Source of the DNA: Hydrolagus colliei
Taxonomy: Eukaryota
DNA length: 64,000 bases
Direction: 5' to 3'
Assembly: GCA_035084275.1 (NCBI GenBank)
Contig: CM068743.1
Coordinates: 121,706,001-121,770,000, forward strand
The notes below the pieces were generated by a model. That model was given only the letters and a program-made list of their open reading frames with translations. It was not told the DNA's origin and ran no database searches. A program made the position numbers and the translations under genes. Of the stretch, positions 22,903 to 34,758 are shown in pieces (the stretch's first letter is position 1; each line of letters starts with the position of its first letter).

Positions 22903-24134
22903 GTGGGTGCGTGATTCTCAACAGTAATTGCTACAGTGAATTTAGCAAATGTGAAAATGTACATTTGTGGAGCTTGATGAGCATCTTCTTTTTAAAAAAA
23001 AAGTTTGTTTACTTGTTTTTACTTCTCTGCTCCAGCCCTCCTCACCATCAACAACAATTTTCATTCATATAACACCTTTCATGTCAGGTTCAAAGCACTG
23101 GGCACCTGGGGGGGTGGGCGGGGGGAGTGGGTGTGGAGGTTGGTAGTGGTGGGATTCCACAGTGATCCAACCCATGGAGAAATGGGTAGATTAAAAAAAA
23201 TTATAATAATATTTATATGTGATATTGTGTGTTTTCATGTCTTGAAACACCACAGGATTTACTGTAAAGTGTAGTGATTGTGTATTTTGTGGGTGAAGAT
23301 ACGTGACCTGCTCCCCGGTCTGTGCTGCTACAGTTTTCCAACCAGATGTCTGCAAACGCACAGGAGTGGGGGACACTCCTGATGATTGTTTCTGTCCCTT
23401 TGGTGAAGCCCCATGTGTGACGGGGTGAAAAGTACTTCCTTGCTAATTTGCCTCTACGACAAGCAGTTTTGAAAGCAATAAAAGAATAATTATATGCCTT
23501 AGAGAATCATCAGCCAAAGGTGCCCAAAGCTTTGTGTTTCTTTCAGATTTTGTTTTGAGAATTGAGTGGTGTGAGTATACTTATACTTTTCCCTCTAGGA
23601 CTAGACCACACTGATGGGATCAAAGTCCTCTCTCCATCTCTCTGACTAATCACCTCTAGAATACAGTCACTGCACTCTTCATTGAATCACGTGAAGCATT
23701 TTGAGAAGTCTCACTGATGTGACAAGAACAACAAATTACATTTGTATAACGCCTTTCACATTGGGAGGTATCCCAAGGTACTATACCACAAACAAAACGA
23801 ACAATTATTGTTAATAACTGCAGTGTGCAAATGTGTTTCGGCCATTTCAACCCAATTCTTAATGAACAGCGGTCAAAGAATAAAACACCAGAATTGAATA
23901 ATGTCCCTCAGGGAAATAGAAACATTATATTGCAATGGTAGTTAGTATGATTCCTTAAATGAGAGTGGTTGCGTTGTTAATTGCATGTAGATTTTTTGCA
24001 AAAAAAAATCATGTATTATCTAAATACAAGAGTAATTGATGCCCGTGTTGAACTAAGAATCAATTCTGTTTCACCTTAGTGAGCAGAAAAAATCCAAACA
24101 AAAAAAAACTGAAACAGAATGAAAATACATAATC

Positions 24135-24275
24135 AAATGCAAAATACTACAGATCCTGGAAATCTGAAACAAAAACAGAAATCAGACACTTGAGTTCAAA
24201 TCATTGACTTACTTTCCATTCTCCATAGATGCTGCCTGACCCATTGAGTGCTCTTAGTGACTTCTGTTTTTGTTT
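24135..24275. mobile_element. Penelope-like element remnant, inverted terminal pieces
   Basis: aaatactacagatcctggaaatctgaaacaaaaacagaa ... ttctccatagatgctgcctgacc ... ttctgtttttgttt. Related copies at ~33490-33740 and ~45338-45730. Confidence 0.65.
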
Positions 24276-24610
24276 GAAAATACATCATAACCTGCATTTC
24301 TATAGTAGCTTTCATTGTAAAAATAAATGTCTTAAAGTGCATTACAAAATATAATCAATTTGAAATCTAGATAAGCACAGCAGCTGATCCGTGCTCACTA
24401 CAATGAGTTGCCCATTAATTTGAATTTAGAGGGACATTTGGTTAAGGAGGGTTAAATCAAATTAACTATAGAAAGGCTTCAAAAATCTTTGAATAGCAAT
24501 GGCAGAGTGCTCTCTTTTTGTTTGCTTGAATCGCAAGCAAGGCACAAAGCAAGTAATAACCACCGAGAAATTACATTTCTAAAGCAGTTATTATTCTCTT
24601 TTGATTGCAG

Positions 24611-24701
24611 GAAATGTCCAAAAAATAACCGGGGACGTCGGCAGAAGCAAAACCTAGGACATTTTAATGCAGACTGCACCACTTCATCAAGGATGGTCTA
24701 G
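24611..24701 (+). CDS. TMEFF1: TMEFF1 last coding exon, cytoplasmic tail and stop
   Basis: ttttgattgcag|G AAA TGT... encodes KCPKNNRGRRQKQNLGHFNADCTTSSRMV*. KCPKNNRGRRQKQNLGHF and SSRMV fit TMEFF1 rather than TMEFF2. Confidence 0.96.
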
Positions 24702-26433
24702 TTTGATTTATTTTTAATACTCTTTGTTTCATTCACCATATCTCACCAGTTGCTGAATTACAATCGATTTTTGTTTCTTGAGAAGAAGAGATTTTTGTTT
24801 GGAAGGCCGTGGTGTTCTGGACCCTTGCCAGTTTATGGATTATACAGTGTCTGGTTATACTGCAGGATCCTGCCACTGGCAAACAAGTAAGACAGTCTAA
24901 TGTAACTGAAGTTTCATCATTCCCATCAACAGATGGATTTCTAGAAAAAAATTCAAACAACAAAAAAAAGTTAAGATGATGCAGCTATTATTGAAATAAT
25001 GTACTAATGAAGGGAACAATTTTTTGTACTTCAAAATTTGTGCCACTAACGTATGTATGTGTAATAAGTTGACCACCGTGGTCGCGATATATTACAATTG
25101 ACTTTTAAAAGGCAAAAGTAAAAATACCTGAATGGTATAAAGCCCAGCATGAACAGGATGTGCTGAAAGGAAAACTTTTTCAAAAGTTTACAACTGACTT
25201 TCCTTATGTGAATCAAAGTATCGAACAGTACAATGATATAAGTCAGCAAAAGTTGATTTTTTTTTCAAATCTATTGGTAACTGATGCCTTTTTGAACACT
25301 AGGTGCATGATTTGTGGAACTGTGAACTGTGAGTAGATTAAAATTCAAAGCTGTTCGGATTGAGTTTGTGGTTGACATCTGAGCACTGCCATTCTGATAA
25401 CTCTGACACTATATCTATATTTGATTCCCCTTGATGTAAATTTAGTAACACTTAAATGTAACTGGTGGTGCTTGTGGTGTGCGCCACAAGGAAAAGGATG
25501 TGTCTTTGTAGAGAAAAACGTTAGCTTGATAATTGGATGTGTTTACTGGGATTCAAATTGTTTTTTTCAAAAACATTGTTATTAGTTATGATCAGGCTGT
25601 GAGCAAAATGCTTTGTAATTGCATTAGTAGTTGAAGTTTCTTTTCAACCAGGACTAAAACACGAGAGTGTCACCTACTGGCCTGTGGGTTGTAGGCCAAA
25701 GTTTACCATTTTCATGGTTCTTTCATTGCAGGGACAGAGGCTCAGCTGCCTTTGGAATAGCTATTGCATTGCCCCTGAATACAGTGCTATGTTGGCCTTT
25801 AACAGTAAAACAGAAATGGAGCTATCTTATCTTATGTTCAGTTCTCAGCCAGTTTGCCAAAATTCTTTATTGCTCTCCATAAGCCAAAAAGTAATTATAT
25901 TGGTGGTAACTTTCCAGTGAATTACTGATTTTCAAAATTCTGTAGCACAGTTTAATGAAAATTTCCATATTTATTCAGGTCAACCTAATTCCTGGCCTGT
26001 AAAAATAATACAATCTTTATCTTGTCTGGTGTTTTCAACACATCGAGAGGCACAGTTAAATTAAAAAGCATGAGCTGCACTATAAAATCACACTCTTTTA
26101 AAACCAGCATTTTGGCATTACAATGGTTTCTTCCCACTTATAGATTTGAAATGTACAATTGAAGGACTGCGTACCATCCCGATTAGAAACCTCCCACCAA
26201 CATGTTGTGTGTGTCTGTGAAAATCAACATGATCAGAAATAACTAATGTAAGCCATGTACTGCTTTTTAAATATGAGTTGATGTGTCTTTTTATACTGCA
26301 TAACACTGAAACTGACAAGTATTTTAAAGAAAAAGCTGTGAGTTCCTAATTTGTAGTTTTATAAAGTTTTTTGTGTACATTTGAAGTCATGGCGGTAGAT
26401 TTTTAATGTAATGCATGTGGACAGGATGTGAAA

Positions 26434-26439
26434 AATAAA
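26434..26439 (+). terminator. Candidate TMEFF1 polyadenylation signal (3' UTR about 1.7 kb)
   Basis: AATAAA at the end of an AT-rich stretch from the stop codon with no recognisable interspersed repeat. Upstream TGTA motifs are present, and SINE sequence resumes about 0.4 kb later. Confidence 0.5.
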
Positions 26440-26859
26440 CAAGGGTTTAAGACTCCCCTTTCTCAAGGATTTTCAATTGCTTTATATTCAAGACATGATT
26501 TTCAATTTCATTTTCATAACATTCATATCCTTGTGCTGCCATTCATTCCTTTTAGTGTAAGACATTCATGTGAAATAACTTACAACAGCCAAACATTTTT
26601 TATGATCTACAAATAAGCCTATCAGAGATTCTTTATCTGTATTTAACTTCTGCCTTTCAAGTCAAAAGTAATGTATTTCTCCAATGCGTTTCTACTACCA
26701 GCAATAAGAAAGGATGACCTCAGAGGTACCTCATTATATTTAAAAGAATTAGCAACAGCCTCCAACTCATTTTGATCAATACATAATTGTAGTGTAGTAT
26801 AGAAAGTCTACCCAACATTACAATATCGTGGTCATCATGTTGATGACCACGATATTGTA

Positions 26860-27055
26860 ATGATAATAATAATAATCCTTGCATTTGATGTCTTATCATA
26901 TCATTGATATGTTTCAAAGCACTTCACAGGGTATACTGTAAAGTGAATTGACTGTATATTTTGTGAGTGAAACGTGACAGCCAATTTCACACATCAGTGT
27001 TTCACAATCATGGGTTGAGTGAGCAAATTCGCACAATTTTTTGGGAGGGATTATT
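26860..27055 (-). mobile_element. SINE 3' half
   Basis: (TAA)n-ccttgcatttgat...gtgaattgactgtatatttt. Confidence 0.8.
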
Positions 27056-27949
27056 ACCTTCGCGCCCCACCCTGTTTATTATTGATAAACAAAAATGGGA
27101 TCTAGTTTGCAATAATGTCTGACCAAATTTTTAAAATAAGGTAAACAGAAGCCAGTCACTGATTCACAAGAACTCTATTATGATGGGATCCAGGTTTGGA
27201 GCATATCCATCTGCCTCACCCGCTCCTTCCCCATTTTCAGGTTTTGTCTGAAAACCTTCCTTTTCGACCGTGCGTACAATCACCTCCCCTTAGCTCAGCC
27301 ATTGTCAAGCGCTCTGGGACGCTACTCTACGTGAGGGCCACTATGTAAATGCAAGTTGTTGATATGTGTGATTATTTTCTGGTTACCAGAAAGACTCTCC
27401 CCCACAACGTGAATATCTTATTAAGGAATCCTGTTAGACATTACACATATTAGACCCTATTTCTTGTGCAGCTGTGAGTTGAACTAACACTTGTGATCCT
27501 AGGTACAGGCAACAATATTGAAATTAACCATTATAACATCAGAAAGATGGAACCACAGTTTCATTTAATCACCACAAGCCTAGTTAAAATGGTTGGCAGT
27601 TTCAGTGCTGTGCATTTCTCTGTTTTAAACACAGAATTAGATTTTTCGTGGACTTCAGTTTAAATCTAAATTTATGACTCAAACCCAACAAATTTAATTT
27701 GACTGTATTTGTGTATTACTTTGTCGACTTGTGTAATAGGCAAGTGAAATAATACATCGAATAAGATGCTTCAGATTATTTGTTCATTTTGGACCAACCA
27801 ATCCTTTAGAGATTTAGCTTGTAGACTTCAGCATACATTCAAGTCTTGTTAATGAATCAGACAAATCAGACAACGATCAACAGTGACTTAAATTACTGGA
27901 GCCTCCCAATCTTTGTCTCCACAGAGTTAGTCCTTCCCAAGTTCTAGTT

Positions 27950-28265
27950 AAATAATAATAATCCTTGCATTTGATGTAGCATTTTTCATGTCTTCTAGAT
28001 GTCTCAAAGCACTTCACAGAATATACTGTAAATGAATTGACTACATACTTGTAGGTGAAATGCACCAGCTAGTTGCACATAGCAGCATCCCACAAACAGT
28101 CATGAATTTGAAATGACCAATTTATTATCGTTTTTCTTTCTTGAGGGATTATTACCAGGTGTGTGGAGTAAAGAAACTTGCCCAATATTTCACCCTGTCT
28201 GGAATTGAACCCAGATCTCTCGCTTATAAGGTGAGTGATCTAACCAATGAGATACAGGACTCCAC
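27950..28265 (-). mobile_element. tRNA-derived SINE, full length
   Basis: Tail aataataataatccttgcatttgat through head ...taaccaatgagatacaggactcc. Confidence 0.88.
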
Positions 28266-29426
28266 GAGAATCTCAAGGGTGATCCCCTTTTATCAAATGC
28301 AAGAATTATTATTATTATTATTACCACCTCCTCCAAATGGAGTATAGATTTAGACACAGTGCTTATTTTGCTAATCCCCAAATGGTGAAGGACTGATCCA
28401 TCTGGATTTAAAACTAGAATCAACTGCTTTCAGGTCTATGTTATTTGGCTATTCAAGATTATTTAACATTTGTCAGTTAAAAAAAAGTCTATCTGGAATT
28501 TTCAACTGTTTTGATGTTTTATTCCTATGCTAACTGCATATATATATAGATGTCTTTTGAAATCATTTTTAAGTATGCAAAATGTAGCTTCATTCAGAAT
28601 AAAATACTTCAGACCCATGGTCAGTATGCTCCTGGAAAGCTCTGAATGAATATTATTGTGATTTGACTGAAGAAGGGATTTCATTTTCTCCCCACATCTA
28701 AATATTTCCACCCCCTCCTTCCTGAATTTGTTGAATCTTTGCTGGGTTGTGAGTTGACATGCACTGACTACCTTCAAATACCACACCCAAGTGACAAATC
28801 TGTATTTGGGTGCTTGGACAGAAAATCCTGGTTACTTGGCTTTGGGGAGTATCTTAGCCAACCTCCAACCTTTCTTTCACGCATCGTGCAAAAAGGAGCA
28901 TTTTCCCGTGAGGGTTACAGATTAAAGTGTTTTGTTTCACTAATCTGGGGGAAGGGTAGGGACAACAACAACAACTTCCTTTCGTATATTGCCCCTTCAT
29001 GCCGGGTAGCATCCTGGAGCGCTTAACAGTGGCAAAGACTGACCCAAATCACATGGAGAGGGAGGGACATCCAATTCCTTCAACTAACCCAACACAGATT
29101 CAAACACTGCAGCATTAGGAAATGGGAGTTTTGAAGACAAAACAAATTAAATCTCAGACTGTACCTACATTGTCATTCTCAAGTCAGAATAAAAAGTAAC
29201 TTTTAAAAAAACATGCAGTTTTATGGATTTCAATAGTTTAAATTAGGATGAAATTGAACATTTTGAAACAGCCTCACACAATGGCTCAGCAAGTTCAATC
29301 TGTTTGTAGATGAGCTATCCAGACCCAAAAGGATTCACGATCCTTCCACAGTCGATGCTTAGTTACTTGATCACAACTAAGGCAGCACCAAAGGTGTTCC
29401 ATTTGGCCTCACCACATAAAAATGTG

Positions 29427-29750
29427 AAGTCCTGTACCTTAGTGGTTAGAGCACTTGCCTCGCAAGTGAGATACTTGGGTTTCCTTACTCCACATTCCTC
29501 TGTTTACCTAGCAGTCAGTAGGAACCCAGTTGTTGGTCGATTGGTGGATCACTTTTCAAGGGGTAATTATTCTGTATATTAAAAAATTGGTCACTCAATC
29601 CATGACTCTTCGTGGGACACTGCTGTGCGCAATTGCCTGCTGCATTATGCCCACAATCAAATCACTTTACAGTATATTCTGTGAAGGGCCTTGAGACATC
29701 TCAAAGGTGTGCTAAGGCACTATATGAAATGCAAGGAATATTATTATTTT
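29427..29750 (+). mobile_element. tRNA-derived SINE, long variant with extra central segment
   Basis: Contains cctctgtttacctagcagtcagtaggaacccagttgttggtcgattggtggatc, absent from the 11339 and 44714 copies. Confidence 0.85.
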
Positions 29751-30854
29751 TATTAAAGTAGAGAAGGGAAAAAGCAAGCTCCCTTGCTCCTGACTGCCAT
29801 CCAGCGACCTCTACTGGAGGTTCCTGCCTGTGGATCCTGGTTGAGGTCAGGATCAGACATATCTCTGTTTCTTTCCAAGGCCAAATAGTCTGCCAAAAAT
29901 CACGCATGAATAATGGCCACCTGCCAGAAGGACCATTAGGAGGGGAGGGAACAAAATTGATGGGAGGGAATTTTTTTAAAAAATAGATTCCCTAAAGATT
30001 CCCAAAATTATACTGAGCATTACAGAAAAGTAAGGTCGAAAGTTTGATTCCTAACCTTTGCTCTATTAGCTGAGAATATGGCCACGACAAATGGGTACAG
30101 TGACCTTGGACTAATAACAAGGAAAAATCCTCCTCAGTTCCTTTTCTTGATGGCTACATAGTGACCTGGTGGAATATGTAGGATTAACGGGTAAGCGGAG
30201 GATGGGGCTTGGCTGTGGTGACCTCTGAGATTCTGTCGGCTGACAAAATTCTGGACCAGGTTCGCAGTTGACAAGAATGATGTTCCAAATTTGCCAGGCA
30301 GCACCTTTGGGAGAAAAACAGGGAGGTCGGTGGTGGTGGAGGGGTGGGGGGGTGGATAGTGTAGAGGGGAATCAAACGATCCATACAAAGTCATTAAGGC
30401 TAATTTGGGCTGGAATTTAATACAGATGATAATCAAAATGAGGACAGACTATTTCTGATTATTCTCCGTGTGTGTCATTTGTAAACCGCGTGACACTGTG
30501 ACATTCATCTAAAACTGGAAACCAGCAATTTCCATCTACCTTTTTGTTAGTTTTTTTTCCCAGATACACCATCTGTAATTGCTTTACCCACACTGCAGCA
30601 TTTTTGCGTCGTATTTAAAATAACCTCAATTATACATCAATTCATTTCTGAGCAAACCTGTGCATAGTTATAGCCCTGTAGTACTGTAGCCCCAAAGTAT
30701 ATTCTTTGTAGTCCAATGGTACAGAATACTTTAACTTCCGGATAAAATATTAACCTTCAGCCATGCTAAATTTTTAATTGATTTCTCCATGCAGTCCATC
30801 AATTAATTAGTCATTAATAATTCTATTATTTAATCCAATTCTATTTGCATGTTA

Positions 30855-31590
30855 AGATAAAAGGGCACGATTGAACCAGCAACATGGGAATGGAAAGAGT
30901 AGACAGAGAGATTTTAGAGGGAACTCAGTAAACCCTTATCATACTACAGCCTGGTGGGAGAGGGTCAATTTCTTCCCTTTTGTTCCTCCAGCCAGACTCT
31001 CCTGCTGGAGACTTGCTAAAGTTGCAGTCTCACAGTACTTAGAGAAAACCATGAAAATTGTTAACAAAAACCTCTACAAATCAAAAGCATGTTTGTGCGT
31101 TATTAAATAATAGTTTTGATTTTTACTGTGTGCGCTGTATGTCTGTGTTTGTTAAAGCTTTGTCAGGCACCCTGTTCTATAAACTCATAATGATGACCAA
31201 AATAAAAAGGCAGCTATGTACTGCAGTTAAAAGCTGTCAGATGAGATTTCAGATTTTACTGAAGGAGGACAGCTGTCTGCTCAACAGTGTGAGAATTAAA
31301 GGTATTTTCCACACTCAGGGTTAGAATCCATCCTCGCACACCCAACTATGTCAATAATTCAAGATGGATGCGTGACAGCCGTAAAACATGGGTGGCTTCC
31401 AGAGGTAGGTGGAGTCACACGCTACCTTTTTAGTCTTGGATCATCTGTGAGAATGGCTGGTTGATTCCTCCTGCCAGCACAGCGTAGAACACAGTATTGG
31501 TCGTGCCCCCCCACCCCCTTCGCCTAAACTCAGACAAAGTTCATGTTTTAAATTAGCCACAGGAGGAGAGCTTTCTGAACCAGCAGCAGC
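30855..31590 (+). promoter_or_regulatory. Putative CAVIN4 promoter / 5' UTR with muscle-type motifs
   Basis: Repeat-free region upstream of the ATG. Motifs: AGATAA 30855, GGAATG (MCAT/TEAD) 30887, E-boxes CAGATG 31238, CAGCTG 31270 and CATCTG 31442. All are short motifs and the TSS is unknown. Confidence 0.35.
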
Positions 31591-32004
31591 ATGGCCGCGG
31601 AACGGGTGTATTCAGATTCTAGCAAGGTTGCTTTCGACATGTCGGCCACTCATGCAGGAGAAGAAGAAAACGCTCCACTTGATCCATTAGCCGTATTAAA
31701 TCTACTGAAGAAAGTGGCTGGGATTGTTGACACTGTTAATGAAACTCAGCAAAAGATGCAGCAGCAACAGGAGGAAATTGAAAAAGCTGTTAACATGATA
31801 CAAATCGACGTTGCGAGGCTCCATCAGGCTCACCTGGCTACGGACACCTCGGTGGCAAAGTTGCTGGAGAAAACCCGAAAGATCAACGTTAACATGAAAG
31901 ATGTCAGACAGCGACTGGATCGAACAAACGCTGAGGTCAAAAAGGTTGAAGGAAACCACAATGAACTACTGAAAAGGAATAAATTTCGAGTAATCATATT
32001 CCAG
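31591..32004 (+). CDS. CAVIN4: Caveolae-associated protein 4 (MURC) exon 1, HR1 coiled coil, 138 codons
   Basis: Strong Kozak context (gcagcATGG). Cavin HR1 motif ..VLNLLKKVAGIVDTV...KLLEKTRKINVNMKDV...NKFRVIIFQ. Donor CAG|gtaagc, phase 0. Synteny downstream of TMEFF1. Confidence 0.93.
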
Positions 32005-33286
32005 GTAAGCTTCAACCCAAATAAATCCTTTGAGGATTTCTAGTTTGAAAATGCAAGTTGGCTAATCCTTTGTGTAACACTTTGGCTAGTTCCTTTAACA
32101 TTAGCTATGTGTCAGCCATAAGGCGTACGTCACAGGAGCTGTGGAGCTATTTGTACTTCAAATACATTCAGCAGGAATCATGTTATAAATGAGCTGTCCT
32201 GCCCATGGCTGTGTACCATCTATTGCGTTTTTTTTACACAACAAAACTTGGGAGTTTGTTAAATATTTTAAAGTCAAACATTGCAAGTCCTCAAACATGT
32301 TTCCTTCCCTTTCTTTAAGTTTGTTTCAAGTACCTTATAATACAACAGTCACTCTTTCTGTCAATAAAATGGCATGAACAATAAATAATTTGGGAGTGGA
32401 GCCACAGCTGTAAAACATGTATGACAGCACAGAGTAATATTAGTACATCAGTTGGCCTTATGCCACCTTGCCTTGTTGATTGATGGCTGTGGAGCAGTGA
32501 CTATTTGCTGCTCACATGAAAAATAATATGGAGATAAATACACTGTGTGTTTGATTTTCTCACTCAGACCAGTAATCACTAGTTTATTTTGCCCTGCAGG
32601 TTTTCATGCATGGAAATATGTTTATAAACTTCACAATGTTGTACTACCTTGGGTTAGATTTCATACACTGCTGCTACTTAATTAACCGCTGGAAATTGAT
32701 GCAGTCAGCATTTCTTGAGCTGTTAATTTCACATCCTCATAAATGAGCTGAAGAGGTGAATCTTGTCATGTGTTTCATCTCCTCCTGTCACTTTTGCAAA
32801 TGTACACTCGACAGTTTTAACACCAGATGACTCCTGCAGTCATCTTAATTTTAGTACATTTAGCTCCTATATGTTATAACATTGAAAATTCATCTTAGAT
32901 TTCTTAACAGAATGAGGGAATGGGATGTTGGTTTCTGGTTTTAATTCCATTTAAGTACAGATCCAGAGTTATATATCCTGAGTTATATATCCAGAGTAGT
33001 TTGCCAGTGCAGGAGCAATTCAGCCTGGCTAATTTTGTGATCAAATTAGCTGTTTTTGAAAAAATAGGATTTAATCCCAATTACAATTCTCATTGATCCA
33101 CAGGAATTTTGAAAATTTAGACTATTTGTACCCCATTTATACTACTGTATATTAAGAAAATGATTGTGGTTTAGCCCCCACCTCCTCACATTCTTCCAGG
33201 AACGTTATGATACATACATAGACTCAGAGGCATGACATTCCACCTTGTGTAAAGTTTTTTGGGGGCTTAAAATTCAAGATTGATCA

Positions 33287-33380
33287 GAAAATTCTTCAAT
33301 TCGGTCATTGTTTGAAATTAGATTTACCCAGCACTTAATAAAGAAAGAGCTTCTAAATTAGACCGAATTGAAGAATTTTC
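33287..33380. repeat. Perfect 20-bp inverted repeat with 54-nt spacer (MITE-like), CAVIN4 intron
   Basis: GAAAATTCTTCAATTCGGTC (33287-33306) / GACCGAATTGAAGAATTTTC (33361-33380). Confidence 0.9.
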
Positions 33381-33489
33381 CACTATTATGAGCAATCCTA
33401 TATTTAAGCAGTTTTATAAGCTGAGACAAGATGGAATTTGAAGCTCTGTATTCTTAGGTAACTATGTTGAGACTTATTCTGTGCGGAAA

Positions 33490-33740
33490 TAAAACTCTGA
33501 ATGCTGGAAATCTGAAATAGAAACAGGTGGAAATGCACAGCCGGTGGATGACATGTAAAGATGATCCATTAACATTTAGGTGTGACCCTTCATCAGAAAA
33601 AGGTTAACATTTGAGGCCCAATCCTTCCCCAGAGCATTTACTATTTCAGATGAATGATCACACCTGCAACAACAACCTCTCTTTCTCACTCAGGCACTGC
33701 ATTGTTCTGTTGCCCCCACAACCAGATTTTCCTGTTTTTT
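33490..33740. mobile_element. Penelope-like remnant
   Basis: atgctggaaatctgaaatagaaacag...gacccttcatcaga...ttttcctgttttt. Confidence 0.6.
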
Positions 33741-34131
33741 AATTAGCTGCATTCAATTTAGCCCCAAGCAAAAGTTGATCATAATGTAGATATTAAAGGG
33801 AAAAATAATCTGAAGGATTTGAACACGTCCAAATAGGCTGACAAAGTAACACTGTTTACCGAGATTCCTCCAAATGATCTCCAGTGCATACAATCCAATC
33901 CAATCCAATGTACCTTTATACAAGGCCTTTCAAGTCAGGAGGATGTCTCAGAGTTCTTTACAGTGCTGGATGGCACCTGAGCTGGGGGCAGGGAGGGCGT
34001 GTATTTCTACGGTTACACAACTACTGTAAGGGACTGCTGGTATAATAAATTCCATTGATTTTATATTGATAATCTTCCTAATTCGAGGGGATAAAAATCC
34101 AGAATAAAAGTTGCATTTTGTACTTTCACAG

Positions 34132-34758
34132 GAAGAAAATGAAATTGCCTCTTCCGTCGCGTACAAAAAGCTTCCAAAAGGCAGCTCAGCTGTGGTTGAA
34201 GAAGCACACACTGCTACGGAACACATGCCACCTCCAGATCTCTCTTCCGATGAAGAATATGTTTTCGAAGAAAACACCACCAGTGCACGCCTCAAGAAAA
34301 CTGGCAAGAAGCAGGTGGATAATATCAAAAAAGCTTTTTCCAGAGAAAACATGCAGAAAACCAGGCAAAATATCGGCAAACAGATGAACAGGCTGAGCAC
34401 CACAATAGTCCCTCCAGAACGAAGAGAGAAGATAAGGATTTCAGGAGAGAGGATCAAAAAGTCCATCACTGATTCCAAACCATTTCAGATTAAAAAGAAA
34501 AACGAGAGGAGCGGGGCGGAAGGACAGGAAGTTGCTGTCAGAGGGATAGGAGAAAGCTCCAAGGGTGAAGGTGTCGTGTGCACCGAAGTGGTAACATCGA
34601 TCACGGCACCGCGAGGAGCTGAAGTCAGCCAGGATCATCCCCAAGCGTCGATTACAAACGTTGCCAATACCGAAACGGTTGTAGTGACAATGGAAAGCAA
34701 AAACGAAGAGGTTGTACCTGTGACAGCCGAGGTGAAGCAGAACCCTGAGTACAGTTAA
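34132..34758 (+). CDS. CAVIN4: CAVIN4 exon 2, DR2/HR2/DR3, 208 codons plus stop
   Basis: tactttcacag|GAAGAA. Motifs LSSDEEY, SARLKKTGK, DNIKKAFSRENMQKTRQN and IVPPERRE are characteristic of cavin-4. Confidence 0.93.
   Translation, partial: EENEIASSVAYKKLPKGSSAVVEEAHTATEHMPPPDLSSDEEYVFEENTTSARLKKTGKKQVDNIKKAFSRENMQKTRQNIGKQMNRLSTTIVPPERREKIRISGERIKKSITDSKPFQIKKKNERSGAEGQEVAVRGIGESSKGEGVVCTEVVTSITAPRGAEVSQDHPQASITNVANTETVVVTMESKNEEVVPVTAEVKQNPEYS

Noticed and set aside
32961-32997. Short local tandem duplications (also ~19745, 39365, 40547, 42788, 58604)
   Set aside because: Two to three copies of 10-20 bp without unique spacers. Ordinary slippage, not CRISPR-like or regulatory arrays.
33568-33600. 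Second hammerhead-like core
   Set aside because: The GAAAC box is lost (reads CCUAAAUGUU), so it is non-functional.
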